Virus record (IMG/VR): IMGVR_UViG_3300032244_000243
Span: 1 to 46,891 of that record
DNA length: 46,891 bases
Strand: one strand, 5' to 3'
From: a virus
Taxonomy: Duplodnaviria > Caudoviricetes
A model generated the notes under the pieces. The model ran no database searches. It saw only the letters and a program-made list of their open reading frames with translations, and was not told where the DNA came from. The translations under genes and the position numbers were made by a program. Each line of letters begins with the position of its first letter. Position 1 is the stretch's first letter. This document shows positions 1-7,742 of the stretch, one piece after another.

Positions 1-123
1 TCGCACTCACCGGGATCATCTATGCGGGCGTCTGCCTCGATCTCGCGATGCGGGGACGGTATGACCTCGCGATCGCCTACGCGGGCTACGCGTTCGCGAA
101 TGTGGGGCTGTACTACGCGGCGA
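1..123 (+). repeat. 123-bp terminal direct repeat, left copy (probably assembly overlap of a circular contig)
   Basis: nt 1-123 identical to 46769-46891; a gene reads through the junction. Confidence 0.95.
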
Positions 124-157
124 GAACTTGACCAGTGGATGATTGATGAACGGGGCG

Positions 158-180
158 GTGAGAACACGCAGGATCAAGAG
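158..180 (-). other. Half attC-like site (L' + 6-bp spacer + R' only)
   Basis: Minus strand CT-CTTGATC-CTGCGT-GTTCTCAC; same R' (GTTCTCAC) as the full site at 424-472; no partner L''/R'' arm found. Confidence 0.55.
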
Positions 181-189
181 CATCGAACT

Positions 190-426
190 ATGGGCACCGA
201 AAACACCAATGACGCCACAGAGATTGAACGGCTGCGGTCGCAGCCCTGCCCATACGTGACCGGAACCGTCACGCGATACTGCACGCTGACGCCGTTCACG
301 CTCACCGACGAGGAGCGGGAGGCGATGGAGATAGTTGTGCAGATTCTGGAGGCCGAAGAGGTTCCGAAGATTCTGCGCCCGCACCTGCTCGCAACGCTGC
401 GGGGATTGCTGAAGCGGACGAAGTGA
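190..426 (+). CDS. Small hypothetical accessory protein (78 aa), in putative cassette B
   Basis: ATG 190, MGTENTNDATEIERLR...TLRGLLKRTK; its TGA stop lies inside the R' box of the attC-like site. Confidence 0.75.
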   Translation: MGTENTNDATEIERLRSQPCPYVTGTVTRYCTLTPFTLTDEEREAMEIVVQILEAEEVPKILRPHLLATLRGLLKRTK

Positions 427-472
427 GAACGATGCGATCTGCGGCTCCGTCCGCAGCATCGCTTGGTTCTGT
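424..472 (-). other. Integron attC-like recombination site
   Basis: Minus strand ACAGAAC-CAAGC-GATGCTGC-GGACGGAGCC-GCAGATC-GCATC-GTTCTCA: AAC/GTT cores, L''/L' arms with one extrahelical base, unpaired spacer, short terminal stem-loop. Confidence 0.72.
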
Positions 473-523
473 GGCGAACCCCAAACGTATCGCAAAACTA
501 ACGGAAAGCGACGGATTACGAAT

Positions 524-769
524 ATGAGTGGGGATTGGATTCCGGTGACGGAGCGGCTGCCGCCGCCCGGTTTTGGCGTGTTGATTTTCTTTCGAGCGAC
601 GGACAACGACGGCACGCCATCTTGCATAGGATGCGATGGCAATGGTGGGTTCATTACCGTAGCGGCAATGGACCGGATTGGCGGGCAGTGCCTCTGGACG
701 AGCGAATACGGAGACGAGACTCCAACGCACTGGATGCCGCTCCCTGCCCCGCCGACGGACAGCAAGTAG
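524..769 (+). CDS. DUF551-family phage protein, in putative cassette A
   Basis: N-terminal WIPVTERLP and C-terminal THWMPLPAPP signatures. Confidence 0.88.
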   Translation: MSGDWIPVTERLPPPGFGVLIFFRATDNDGTPSCIGCDGNGGFITVAAMDRIGGQCLWTSEYGDETPTHWMPLPAPPTDSK

Positions 770-800
770 CCACAGAACCAGTATTTCTGCGGTTCCAGAT
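769..800 (-). other. attI-like simple site (L box + 5-bp spacer + R box, no hairpin partner)
   Basis: Minus strand CCGCAGAAA-TACTG-GTTCTGTGGC aligns with CCGCAGATC-GCATC-GTTCTCAC of the attC; most upstream site of the array on the - strand. Confidence 0.5.
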
Positions 801-905
801 AGCCACGCCCGCGTTCGTGATAACGCGCAGCGTCCAGCGTGACGCACGGGCGAAACGCAGGCGGCCCGGCCATCTCGCGACGACGGTCGTGATAGCTCCG
901 CTCGC

Positions 906-924
906 TTGACACTGCCGCCACTCT
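906..924 (+). promoter_or_regulatory. TTGACA-N7-CACnnT motif, copy 1 (6 nt before the rusA ATG, which lacks an SD)
   Basis: TTGACA ctgccgc CACTCT; same spacing at 18532 and 29628. Confidence 0.55.
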
Positions 925-930
925 GGCGGC

Positions 931-1332
931 ATGGCGATCACGTTCTCCGTTCCCGGCGATCCCGTGCCTCAGCCCCGAGCCCGCGTCTCGATGGTGGGCG
1001 GATTCGGCCGGGCGTATGTGCCGAAGACGCACGCGGTTCACGCGTACCGCAAGGCGGTCGCCCAGGCCGCGAAGTCTGCTGGCTGCGAGCCGCACGGTGA
1101 GCCGGTGAATGTCGTGATCGACTTCGTGTTCGCTCGCCCGAAGTCGCACCTTCGCAAGAGCGGGCTGCGGGCAGGAGCCCCCGTGCTGCCGCGAGCCGAC
1201 CTCGACAACTGTGCCAAGGGCGTTCTCGATTCGCTGAACGGCGTTGCGTGGGATGACGATTCGCAAGTCTCGCGGTTGGTGCTGGAGAAGAGCTACGGAA
1301 CGGAGGGCCGCACCACCGTGCGGATTTCGTGA
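931..1332 (+). CDS. rusA: RusA-family Holliday junction resolvase
   Basis: PGDPVPQPRAR N-terminus and DLDNCAKGVLDSLNGVAWDDDSQV catalytic motif. Confidence 0.92.
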   Translation: MAITFSVPGDPVPQPRARVSMVGGFGRAYVPKTHAVHAYRKAVAQAAKSAGCEPHGEPVNVVIDFVFARPKSHLRKSGLRAGAPVLPRADLDNCAKGVLDSLNGVAWDDDSQVSRLVLEKSYGTEGRTTVRIS

Positions 1333-1958
1333 TGCCTGAGATCACACTGAATGACGAGTTCGGCCGGGCGATCGTGCTCACGATTCAACGGCTCAACATC
1401 CAGAGCGTCATTGAGGTCGGCTCGTGGGATGGCACGGGCTCGACGGCTGTGCTGATTCAAGCCCTAAAAGACACGCCCGATGCACGGCTCACTTGCATTG
1501 AGCCTGACATTCATCGGTACGCAGCCCTCCAGCGGGTCATGGCCGGTCTCCCGTGGGCTACCACGGTCTGCCGCCGCAGCGTATCGCGGGCGGCCATGAC
1601 ACCGCAGCGGTTCGAGGATGTATGGGACTCGCCTTACAACAATCTGGTCTACCCAGAGCACCTCGTGCGGCAGTGGTGGAATGAGATTCCCGCCGACAGG
1701 CCCGGCGAGCCTGGGTATCTGGAGACGCTCACTACCGAGCGATGGGATGCCGCCCTCATCGACGGGTGCGAGTTCGCGGGCTATGACGATTTCCGGTTTC
1801 TCAAGTATCGCGTGCGGGTGCTGATGCTCGATGACGCGTTCCACGCGTACAAGTGCTCGCAGGCTCACGCCGAGCTCGGGCACGATCCGCGATGGGTGTG
1901 TATCTGGTGCTCCACGTTCGTTCGCAACGGGGCAAGCATCTGGGCGAGGGTCTCGTGA
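1329..1958 (+). CDS. Class I SAM-dependent methyltransferase-like protein
   Basis: VIEVGSWDGTGST motif I, CIE acidic residue, ALIDG and MLDD strands. Confidence 0.75.
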   Translation: MMPEITLNDEFGRAIVLTIQRLNIQSVIEVGSWDGTGSTAVLIQALKDTPDARLTCIEPDIHRYAALQRVMAGLPWATTVCRRSVSRAAMTPQRFEDVWDSPYNNLVYPEHLVRQWWNEIPADRPGEPGYLETLTTERWDAALIDGCEFAGYDDFRFLKYRVRVLMLDDAFHAYKCSQAHAELGHDPRWVCIWCSTFVRNGASIWARVS

Positions 1959-2668
1959 ACATCACGGTCTCGGCATACAACCGCCCGGCGTATCTGGAAC
2001 AGACGCTCGCCGCGTTGCGTGAGTGCGACGGGATCGAGAACTCCCTTGTCATGGTGCTGATCGACCCGTCCGAGGCATCGGATCACTCAGCCGCTCTCGC
2101 GGCCCGGTACGGTTTTCAGTGGGGAACCTATGCCGATCGGGTCGGCTGCAACCGGGCGATCCGCAACGCCCTCGCGTTCGGGTTCAACCAGATGGAGAGC
2201 GAGTTTCACGTTCACTTCGAGGATGACACGGTTCCGACTCGCGATGCCCTGCGGTGGTTCGCGTGGGCTGGCGATCACTACCGCGACGATCCTGCCGTGA
2301 TGTGCGTCTCGGGCTACCAGCGGGTGAGCAACGGTCGGCTCGGCGAGTGCGGGCTGCGTCGCTGGTTCACCCCGTGGGGCTGGGGCGTCTGGCGTGATCG
2401 GTGGCTCGGGCTGCACCTCGGGTGGGTTCGCGACGATTCGACTTCGTGGGATGTGATCGTGAACCACGCCCTACGGGCGGGGCGATACGAAGCGTTCCCG
2501 ACGGTCTCGCGGGTTCAGAACATCGGGGCAGAGCAGGGCACGCATGTGCCCAGTGCCGAGTGGCACGCCGAGCATCACCGGGTGGCGATCACGGCCGATG
2601 ACATCGACGGGCCGCAGCCCAGGGAGTGGCAGGAAGTGCGGAGGGCCGATCGTGCAGATCACGATTGA
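1955..2668 (+). CDS. GT-A fold glycosyltransferase
   Basis: VSAYNRPAYLEQTLAAL start, HFEDD motif, PWGWGVWRDRW and SRVQNIG motifs; GTG overlaps upstream stop. Confidence 0.85.
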   Translation: MNITVSAYNRPAYLEQTLAALRECDGIENSLVMVLIDPSEASDHSAALAARYGFQWGTYADRVGCNRAIRNALAFGFNQMESEFHVHFEDDTVPTRDALRWFAWAGDHYRDDPAVMCVSGYQRVSNGRLGECGLRRWFTPWGWGVWRDRWLGLHLGWVRDDSTSWDVIVNHALRAGRYEAFPTVSRVQNIGAEQGTHVPSAEWHAEHHRVAITADDIDGPQPREWQEVRRADRADHD

Positions 2669-3545
2669 AGACATCGAGCGGCACGCCCCCGATGTGCTGC
2701 TCCCGCCCGATCCCGAGTTCGCGGAGGACTACGCCGCGAAGGTCGAGCTCGGCAGGACGTTCGCCGCCGAAGCCCGCGTTGCGTTCGTGGCGATCGCGAG
2801 GAACTCTCTGCCTTGGCTGCCGCGAACGCTCGATCTCGTGGAGCGAACCGGGGCGGGCTTCAAGTCGTGGTCGGCGTTCGTGTTCGAGAACGACTCCGAG
2901 GATGGCACGAAAGATGTGCTGAAGGCGTGGGCCGATCACGATCGCCGCAAAGTCTCGCTGAACGTCAATCATCGACCGCACCTCTCTCACACGATCGCCC
3001 AAGAGCGGACGGTTGCCCTTGCCGAGTACCGCGAGCAGTGTCAGCACTGGGTGCGGAGCCGCGAGCCGGTGGACTACGTGATCGTCTTCGACACCGATCC
3101 TTGGGGCGGATTCAGCATCGACGGCGTGATGAACTCAATCGCGTGGATGTCGCTCGATCACTCGTGGTACGGGCTTGCGAGCTACTCGTGGTGCGAGATG
3201 AACACCGCAATCGGGCCGATAGCGGCCCACTACGATGCGTTCGCTGCGAGGCTCAACCACTGGGGGCGACGCGATCAGCAATGGTTTCATCACTGGCATC
3301 CAGCGGTCGGCTCGCCCCCGGTCGAGTTCAACTCCGCATTCGGGCAGTTGTGCGTCTACCGTGCTGACCCGTATCTCTCTGGCAAGTACGGCGGCTCCGA
3401 CTGTGAGCACGCCGTGTTTCATCGTTCGATTGCAGGGCAGGCGAGACTATGGAGCGACGAGCACTACCGGCTGGGCTTGAACCCATCGAGCCGGGCGGTC
3501 TCCTTCTGGGTGCCAACGGATGGCGGGCAACACGGCGGCGATTGA
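2652..3545 (+). CDS. Glycosyltransferase, CAP59/GT69-like
   Basis: IARN, FENDSEDGT, LAEYR, VIVFDTD, NSAFGQLCVYR and DCEH motifs. Confidence 0.75.
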   Translation: MQITIEDIERHAPDVLLPPDPEFAEDYAAKVELGRTFAAEARVAFVAIARNSLPWLPRTLDLVERTGAGFKSWSAFVFENDSEDGTKDVLKAWADHDRRKVSLNVNHRPHLSHTIAQERTVALAEYREQCQHWVRSREPVDYVIVFDTDPWGGFSIDGVMNSIAWMSLDHSWYGLASYSWCEMNTAIGPIAAHYDAFAARLNHWGRRDQQWFHHWHPAVGSPPVEFNSAFGQLCVYRADPYLSGKYGGSDCEHAVFHRSIAGQARLWSDEHYRLGLNPSSRAVSFWVPTDGGQHGGD

Positions 3546-3927
3546 CGCGGCGACGCTGCGGGTGCAGTGGGCAAGCTACGTGCCGATGGGCGCGATCTGC
3601 CAGCATTGGACGATCACCGTTCACCAGTTGGTGAGGCTTCGCGTCGCGTGGGAACTGCCGCCCCGCAACGATCGCAAGCGACGATACAAGCCGAGCCGAG
3701 ACGAGCGGCTCCTCGATCCCGACGCCGACGAGCTCGCCGCCAGCGAGTCGTGCCTCGACCTCGCCCCGATGGTCGCCGAGCGGGTGACGGTCGTGCAAGC
3801 GACATGGACGGTGGCCGATTGGGCCGAGCGTCAGGCGGTGAAGCCTGGGCCGTTCCGGCTCGCTCGCATCGACACGCCCGACGAAGCCCGCGATCTCGTG
3901 GACGAGGCCAGCGAGGGCGAGTGGTGA
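3520..3927 (+). CDS. Hypothetical protein with N-terminal HTH-like region
   Basis: Overlapping-operon ORF; pattern (early W, helices, basic patch, DPxxDE) resembles ORF 46433-46753. Confidence 0.6.
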   Translation: MAGNTAAIDAATLRVQWASYVPMGAICQHWTITVHQLVRLRVAWELPPRNDRKRRYKPSRDERLLDPDADELAASESCLDLAPMVAERVTVVQATWTVADWAERQAVKPGPFRLARIDTPDEARDLVDEASEGEW

Positions 3928-4184
3928 AGAGTCTGCCCGACTACGTGGAGCGGCGGATCGTGCTCGAATACGGGCGGCAGTACGCGTATCTCTACATGAC
4001 CACGGGCGACGGGAAGCTCATCAAGACGCGGGAGGAAAGTTTCAAGCAGCCGTTCAGGCTCGAACTGAAAGAAGCCCGCGAGGAAGCCGAGGACGCGTGG
4101 CATCTGATCTATGACTTCCTCAATGACACAGTGAACTTCCCAACTGCGGGGAACGGCGAGGCGGATGGTAAACCGGAGGAATAG
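3924..4184 (+). CDS. Hypothetical protein
   Basis: GTG start overlapping upstream stop; typical codon usage. Confidence 0.65.
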   Translation: MKSLPDYVERRIVLEYGRQYAYLYMTTGDGKLIKTREESFKQPFRLELKEAREEAEDAWHLIYDFLNDTVNFPTAGNGEADGKPEE

Positions 4185-4200
4185 CCCCGGAGTGCCAGCC

Positions 4201-4500
4201 ATGCCCGCGTATGAGATGACCCCGGCCGAAGTGGCCGAGTACGGCAACACGCTCAACATCTGGCAGGCGATCCGCCTGCTGCAAACGTGGAGCCCCCTGC
4301 TCGCGTATGGGCAGCAGTTCGTCCAGACGATCGACCCGTATCAGAAGGGTCTGATCGTAGGCGAGGCGGCTGAGTGGCTCGCGAGCAAGACCGACAGCGA
4401 GGTGGACGATCAACTCGTGCGGAAGCTCGCCGCCGTTGCCACCACGAAGGAAGGCGAAGACCTCATTCGATTCTGCCTCGGGCTTGCGGGCGTGAAGTGA
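4201..4500 (+). CDS. Hypothetical protein
   Basis: ATG 4201 after GGAG; coupled to next gene. Confidence 0.75.
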   Translation: MPAYEMTPAEVAEYGNTLNIWQAIRLLQTWSPLLAYGQQFVQTIDPYQKGLIVGEAAEWLASKTDSEVDDQLVRKLAAVATTKEGEDLIRFCLGLAGVK

Positions 4501-5111
4501 TGCTCGATCGTGAAACACTCCTACGCACCCTCGCAGTCGGGGCAGCCGTGGCGATCCTGGCCGCGCCCTATTGGCGTGTGGTGGCTGACGCTCTCCAAGC
4601 GGCAGTCGCCGCCGCCCAGGCCCACGCCCACACCCTCGGGCGGATCGCCGCCGCCGGGCTGATCGTGGCGGCAGCCTGGGGCAAGATTCCGCTGCCTGCG
4701 TTCGAGCCGCCCGCCGTGCCTGTTGTGACGGTTGAGGAGCCGAGTGCCGAGATGAAGACGTTCGTCGCCCCCGTCGCCGCCGCCCTGCGGTCGCTGCCCG
4801 CTGGGGATCGGATGCTCTGGGCTTCAACGTGGAGCAAGGCTGCGGTCGTGGTGGCTGGCGATGCGACCGCCCGCGAGGCGGCGTTCACCGATGCCCGCAG
4901 CCTCCAGGCGTTCACGGGGCTGGCTCTCGACATCGCGTGGCGGCGGATCGGGCAGCACGAGCCCGGCTCGAACGAGCCGCTGCGGCAGGCTCTGGAAGCC
5001 GCCTACGGGGCGGCGGTCGGCACCGACGAGGTTCCGGTCACTCGCGACATCCGCGACCGTTACGCCGCGTTTGCGAAAGCCGTGGCATGGGCTGGCGTCA
5101 ACGGGGGGTGA
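4500..5111 (+). CDS. Membrane protein with two N-terminal hydrophobic helices
   Basis: TLAVGAAVAILAAPYW and IAAAGLIVAAAW segments; TGATG coupling. Confidence 0.7.
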   Translation: MLDRETLLRTLAVGAAVAILAAPYWRVVADALQAAVAAAQAHAHTLGRIAAAGLIVAAAWGKIPLPAFEPPAVPVVTVEEPSAEMKTFVAPVAAALRSLPAGDRMLWASTWSKAAVVVAGDATAREAAFTDARSLQAFTGLALDIAWRRIGQHEPGSNEPLRQALEAAYGAAVGTDEVPVTRDIRDRYAAFAKAVAWAGVNGG

Positions 5112-5114
5112 GCG

Positions 5115-6053
5115 ATGGCGGGTGAGGCTTTCCTGCCGTTGTTCGGCTACACGCCCGACCCCGAGGGCTCGGCGGCGTTCGTCGCCTCGCTGCCGCACCC
5201 GACGCTCGCGGACGCCGGGCCGGATCTCCAGGCGGCGAAGACCGACGTTCACCTAGAGCGGGCTCTCCTCCAGTGCTCGCCCTCGTGGAAGCGTGGCTCG
5301 CAGCCGATCGGCTCGTGCGTCGGCTGGGGGTTCGCGATGAGTTGCGATGTGCTGGCTGCGGCAGACATCGTGCTCCGCAAAGAACCGGAGACCTGGGGCG
5401 GTCGCACGATTGAGGCGTCGGTCTATGGCGTGAGCCGGGTCGAGGCTCGCGGGCGAACGTCGGCACCGGGCGGGGACGGCTCGACCGGCTTCCACGCCGC
5501 CAAGGCTGTCAGGGATTGGGGCGTGCTGCACTACGGGCAGCAATACGGCAGCGTTCGGTTCGACCAGCAGTTCACCGGCACGCAAGAAAAAGCGTGGGGT
5601 CGGGACGGAATGCCGGATTCGCTGGAACCCTACGCGAAGCAGCGGCGGTGCTCCGAGGTCACGCTCGTCAAGTCGTTTGACGATTGTGCGAAAGCGATCA
5701 GCAACGGATACCCGGTCGCTCTCTGCTCGATGCGTGGGTTCTCGATGCGGTTCACCGATCGAGGCTCTCTCGGCGGCGGGTGGCTCACGCCCGCTGGCAC
5801 CTGGGCACATTGCATGATGGCGTGCTCGCTGCGTGTCGATCGCCCTGCGTTGCTCGTGGCGAACTCGTGGGGCAACTGCTACTCCGGTGCAGTCGATAAG
5901 CGGCTCCCCGAGGCGTTCCAGAAGTCGGCGGGCTGGGTCGATGCCGAAGTGATCGACTCGATGTGCAAGGGCGGCGATTCCTACGCTCTCGCGGGCTTCA
6001 GTGGCTTCAAGCCGACCGCACTTCCGAACGATTGGCTGGAGGGGATTCTTTGA
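5115..6053 (+). CDS. Papain-like (C1-type) cysteine peptidase
   Basis: QPIGSCVGWG (oxyanion Gln and catalytic Cys), WAHCMM (His), VANSWG (Asn). Confidence 0.85.
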   Translation: MAGEAFLPLFGYTPDPEGSAAFVASLPHPTLADAGPDLQAAKTDVHLERALLQCSPSWKRGSQPIGSCVGWGFAMSCDVLAAADIVLRKEPETWGGRTIEASVYGVSRVEARGRTSAPGGDGSTGFHAAKAVRDWGVLHYGQQYGSVRFDQQFTGTQEKAWGRDGMPDSLEPYAKQRRCSEVTLVKSFDDCAKAISNGYPVALCSMRGFSMRFTDRGSLGGGWLTPAGTWAHCMMACSLRVDRPALLVANSWGNCYSGAVDKRLPEAFQKSAGWVDAEVIDSMCKGGDSYALAGFSGFKPTALPNDWLEGIL

Positions 6054-6352
6054 ACATTCGCTGGCTCATCGTGTTCATGGTCGCGTCCATCGGCTGCGTC
6101 GCTTCGCTGCCGACCGACCCCGGCATCTCTGCGGATCTCGCGGTCGAGACCGCCCGCATGGTGATCGCCAGCCGGGCCGCACCGCCTGCTCCCAAGCCCG
6201 ACGCGGGCAAGTGCTCGAACTGCAACGGCACCGGAAAGATCGGCGATGGTCGGATCGTGATGACATGCCCCGAGTGCAACGGCACCGGCAAGGTCGTGAA
6301 GTCGGTGCTCCATCCTGCCGTGTTCGTTCCGTGCAAGGAGTGCGATCTGTGA
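6050..6352 (+). CDS. Putative lipoprotein with DnaJ-type zinc-finger repeats
   Basis: Signal/lipobox-like MNIRWLIVFMVASIGC; CSNCNGTGK and CPECNGTGK. Confidence 0.7.
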   Translation: MNIRWLIVFMVASIGCVASLPTDPGISADLAVETARMVIASRAAPPAPKPDAGKCSNCNGTGKIGDGRIVMTCPECNGTGKVVKSVLHPAVFVPCKECDL

Positions 6353-6708
6353 CCGTCGCGGATCTGAAGCTCTGGGTCTGGCGGAACGTCGGCATCCGGC
6401 GGCACCTCGTGGGCCGTCAGGTGATCGATGACTTCACCGAGCTCGCCGTGCAGCACTGGGAGATCGAGGCGTACACGCACGCCGTCGATCCCGAGCAGCA
6501 AGCGGTCGTGACCGAGCAAGTGCTAGCGAGCGTCAAGCGTGGCTATCAAGTCGTGAGCGACAAGGAACCGCAGGAGTACGGATTCTTCTGGGCACTCGTG
6601 CTCCAGGCGGTCGCCTCGATCGTGGTGCAACTCATCCTCCGGTGGTGGATGGAGAGCCGGATGAACAAGGTGCGGATGCTGGTCTGGCAACAGGAGCTGA
6701 CGCGATGA
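6349..6708 (+). CDS. Hypothetical protein with C-terminal hydrophobic helix
   Basis: GTG overlaps upstream stop; FFWALVLQAVASIVVQLILRWW. Confidence 0.7.
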   Translation: MTVADLKLWVWRNVGIRRHLVGRQVIDDFTELAVQHWEIEAYTHAVDPEQQAVVTEQVLASVKRGYQVVSDKEPQEYGFFWALVLQAVASIVVQLILRWWMESRMNKVRMLVWQQELTR

Positions 6709-6980
6709 CTGATGCCGCGAAGGATACGCTCCTCTCGGTGCTGAAAGACTACGGCTTCGCGACCGTGGTCGCGTTGGCGTGCCTCTATGTCGGGCGGCAG
6801 GATGTTCTGCTCCCGCTCGTGAAGGCTCACACCGCGTTCCTTGACAAGCTCGCGACAACACAAGTCGAGATCGCCGAGGCGATGCAGGAGCAGACGCGGC
6901 TGCTCTACGCGTTGCAGCCCAGGACGGGCGAGAAGACGATGAACGTCGAACGGATCGAGCCCGGCGACGGGCAGAACTAA
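6705..6980 (+). CDS. Holin-like single-TM protein
   Basis: YGFATVVALACLYVG transmembrane segment followed by coiled-coil tail; position after the peptidase. Confidence 0.45.
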   Translation: MTDAAKDTLLSVLKDYGFATVVALACLYVGRQDVLLPLVKAHTAFLDKLATTQVEIAEAMQEQTRLLYALQPRTGEKTMNVERIEPGDGQN

Positions 6981-6992
6981 GCGAGGCACCAC

Positions 6993-7742
6993 ATGGCGAT
7001 GAACAACCGGACGCTGCGGCCCAAGGCTTCTGGCTTCAACCCGGCCAGCATCTCGGGCATTGCCAACTGGTGGGATGCCAACGACGCCGCCACCCTGACG
7101 CTCAACTCGGGAGCCGTCGAAACGTGGACGAGCAAGGCCGGGCGCAAAAGTGCCGCCACGCAGACAGTCGCAAACAATCGGCCAGTGACCACCACGGTGA
7201 ACGGAAAGACTGCACTGTCGTTCGACGGCAGCAACGACGGATTCGACTTTACCGGCACGGCTGCCACAGATGAAACGTGGATCATTGCCGCCGCGCAGAT
7301 TGGTGATTCAACGGGCCAGGACACGCTTGTCAACGAGGGCAGCACGGGCTTTGGTATCTCAGTCGCCCGAGGAAGCGCCCGGCTTGTAGAGGCTAGCTTC
7401 GGGACAGGGTTTGACGAAGGCGTTCATCGCCTGCGGCCTACCTATGCGTCCAACGCAGCGACCCCATTCGGCCCCGCAGTAATTTCAGTGGTTAGGTCGG
7501 CTGCGGCCGGTGGCTTTGTGTTTATTGATGGAACGCAGCGTGTCAGCGGCGTCAACGGCGCGTCGTCGTTTACAACTTCAGCTTCGCAAACTATGCAGCG
7601 CATCGGCTACTACTCATCCACGTTGTTTCAGTGGCAAGGCTGGATTGGGGAAATCCTGCTGTACGACCGCGCGCTCTCGGCATCGGAGCGGCTGAACGTC
7701 GAACGCTACCTAGGCAAGAAGTGGGGGATTACGGTCGCATGA
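6993..7742 (+). CDS. LamG/concanavalin A-like beta-sandwich protein (possible adhesion or decoration protein)
   Basis: WWDANDAATLT start, ALSFDGSND, GWIGEILLYDRALS..E...VERYL..KWG end. Confidence 0.75.
   Translation: MAMNNRTLRPKASGFNPASISGIANWWDANDAATLTLNSGAVETWTSKAGRKSAATQTVANNRPVTTTVNGKTALSFDGSNDGFDFTGTAATDETWIIAAAQIGDSTGQDTLVNEGSTGFGISVARGSARLVEASFGTGFDEGVHRLRPTYASNAATPFGPAVISVVRSAAAGGFVFIDGTQRVSGVNGASSFTTSASQTMQRIGYYSSTLFQWQGWIGEILLYDRALSASERLNVERYLGKKWGITVA

Noticed and set aside
1-123. Biological terminal direct repeat
   Set aside because: The repeat cuts through an intact gene, and the HNH/P27 packaging genes suggest cos ends elsewhere; most likely an assembler overlap
424-472. Simple rho-independent terminator
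   Set aside because: No U-tract on either strand; the asymmetric bulge, AAC/GTT cores and matching sister sites fit attC better
16-1266. 416-aa minus-strand ORF spanning the cassette region (possible integrase or cassette gene)
   Set aside because: No recombinase motifs; antisense shadow of well-supported + strand genes in GC-rich DNA
6993-7742. Diversity-generating retroelement target
   Set aside because: No reverse transcriptase in the genome and no TR/VR repeat pair seen
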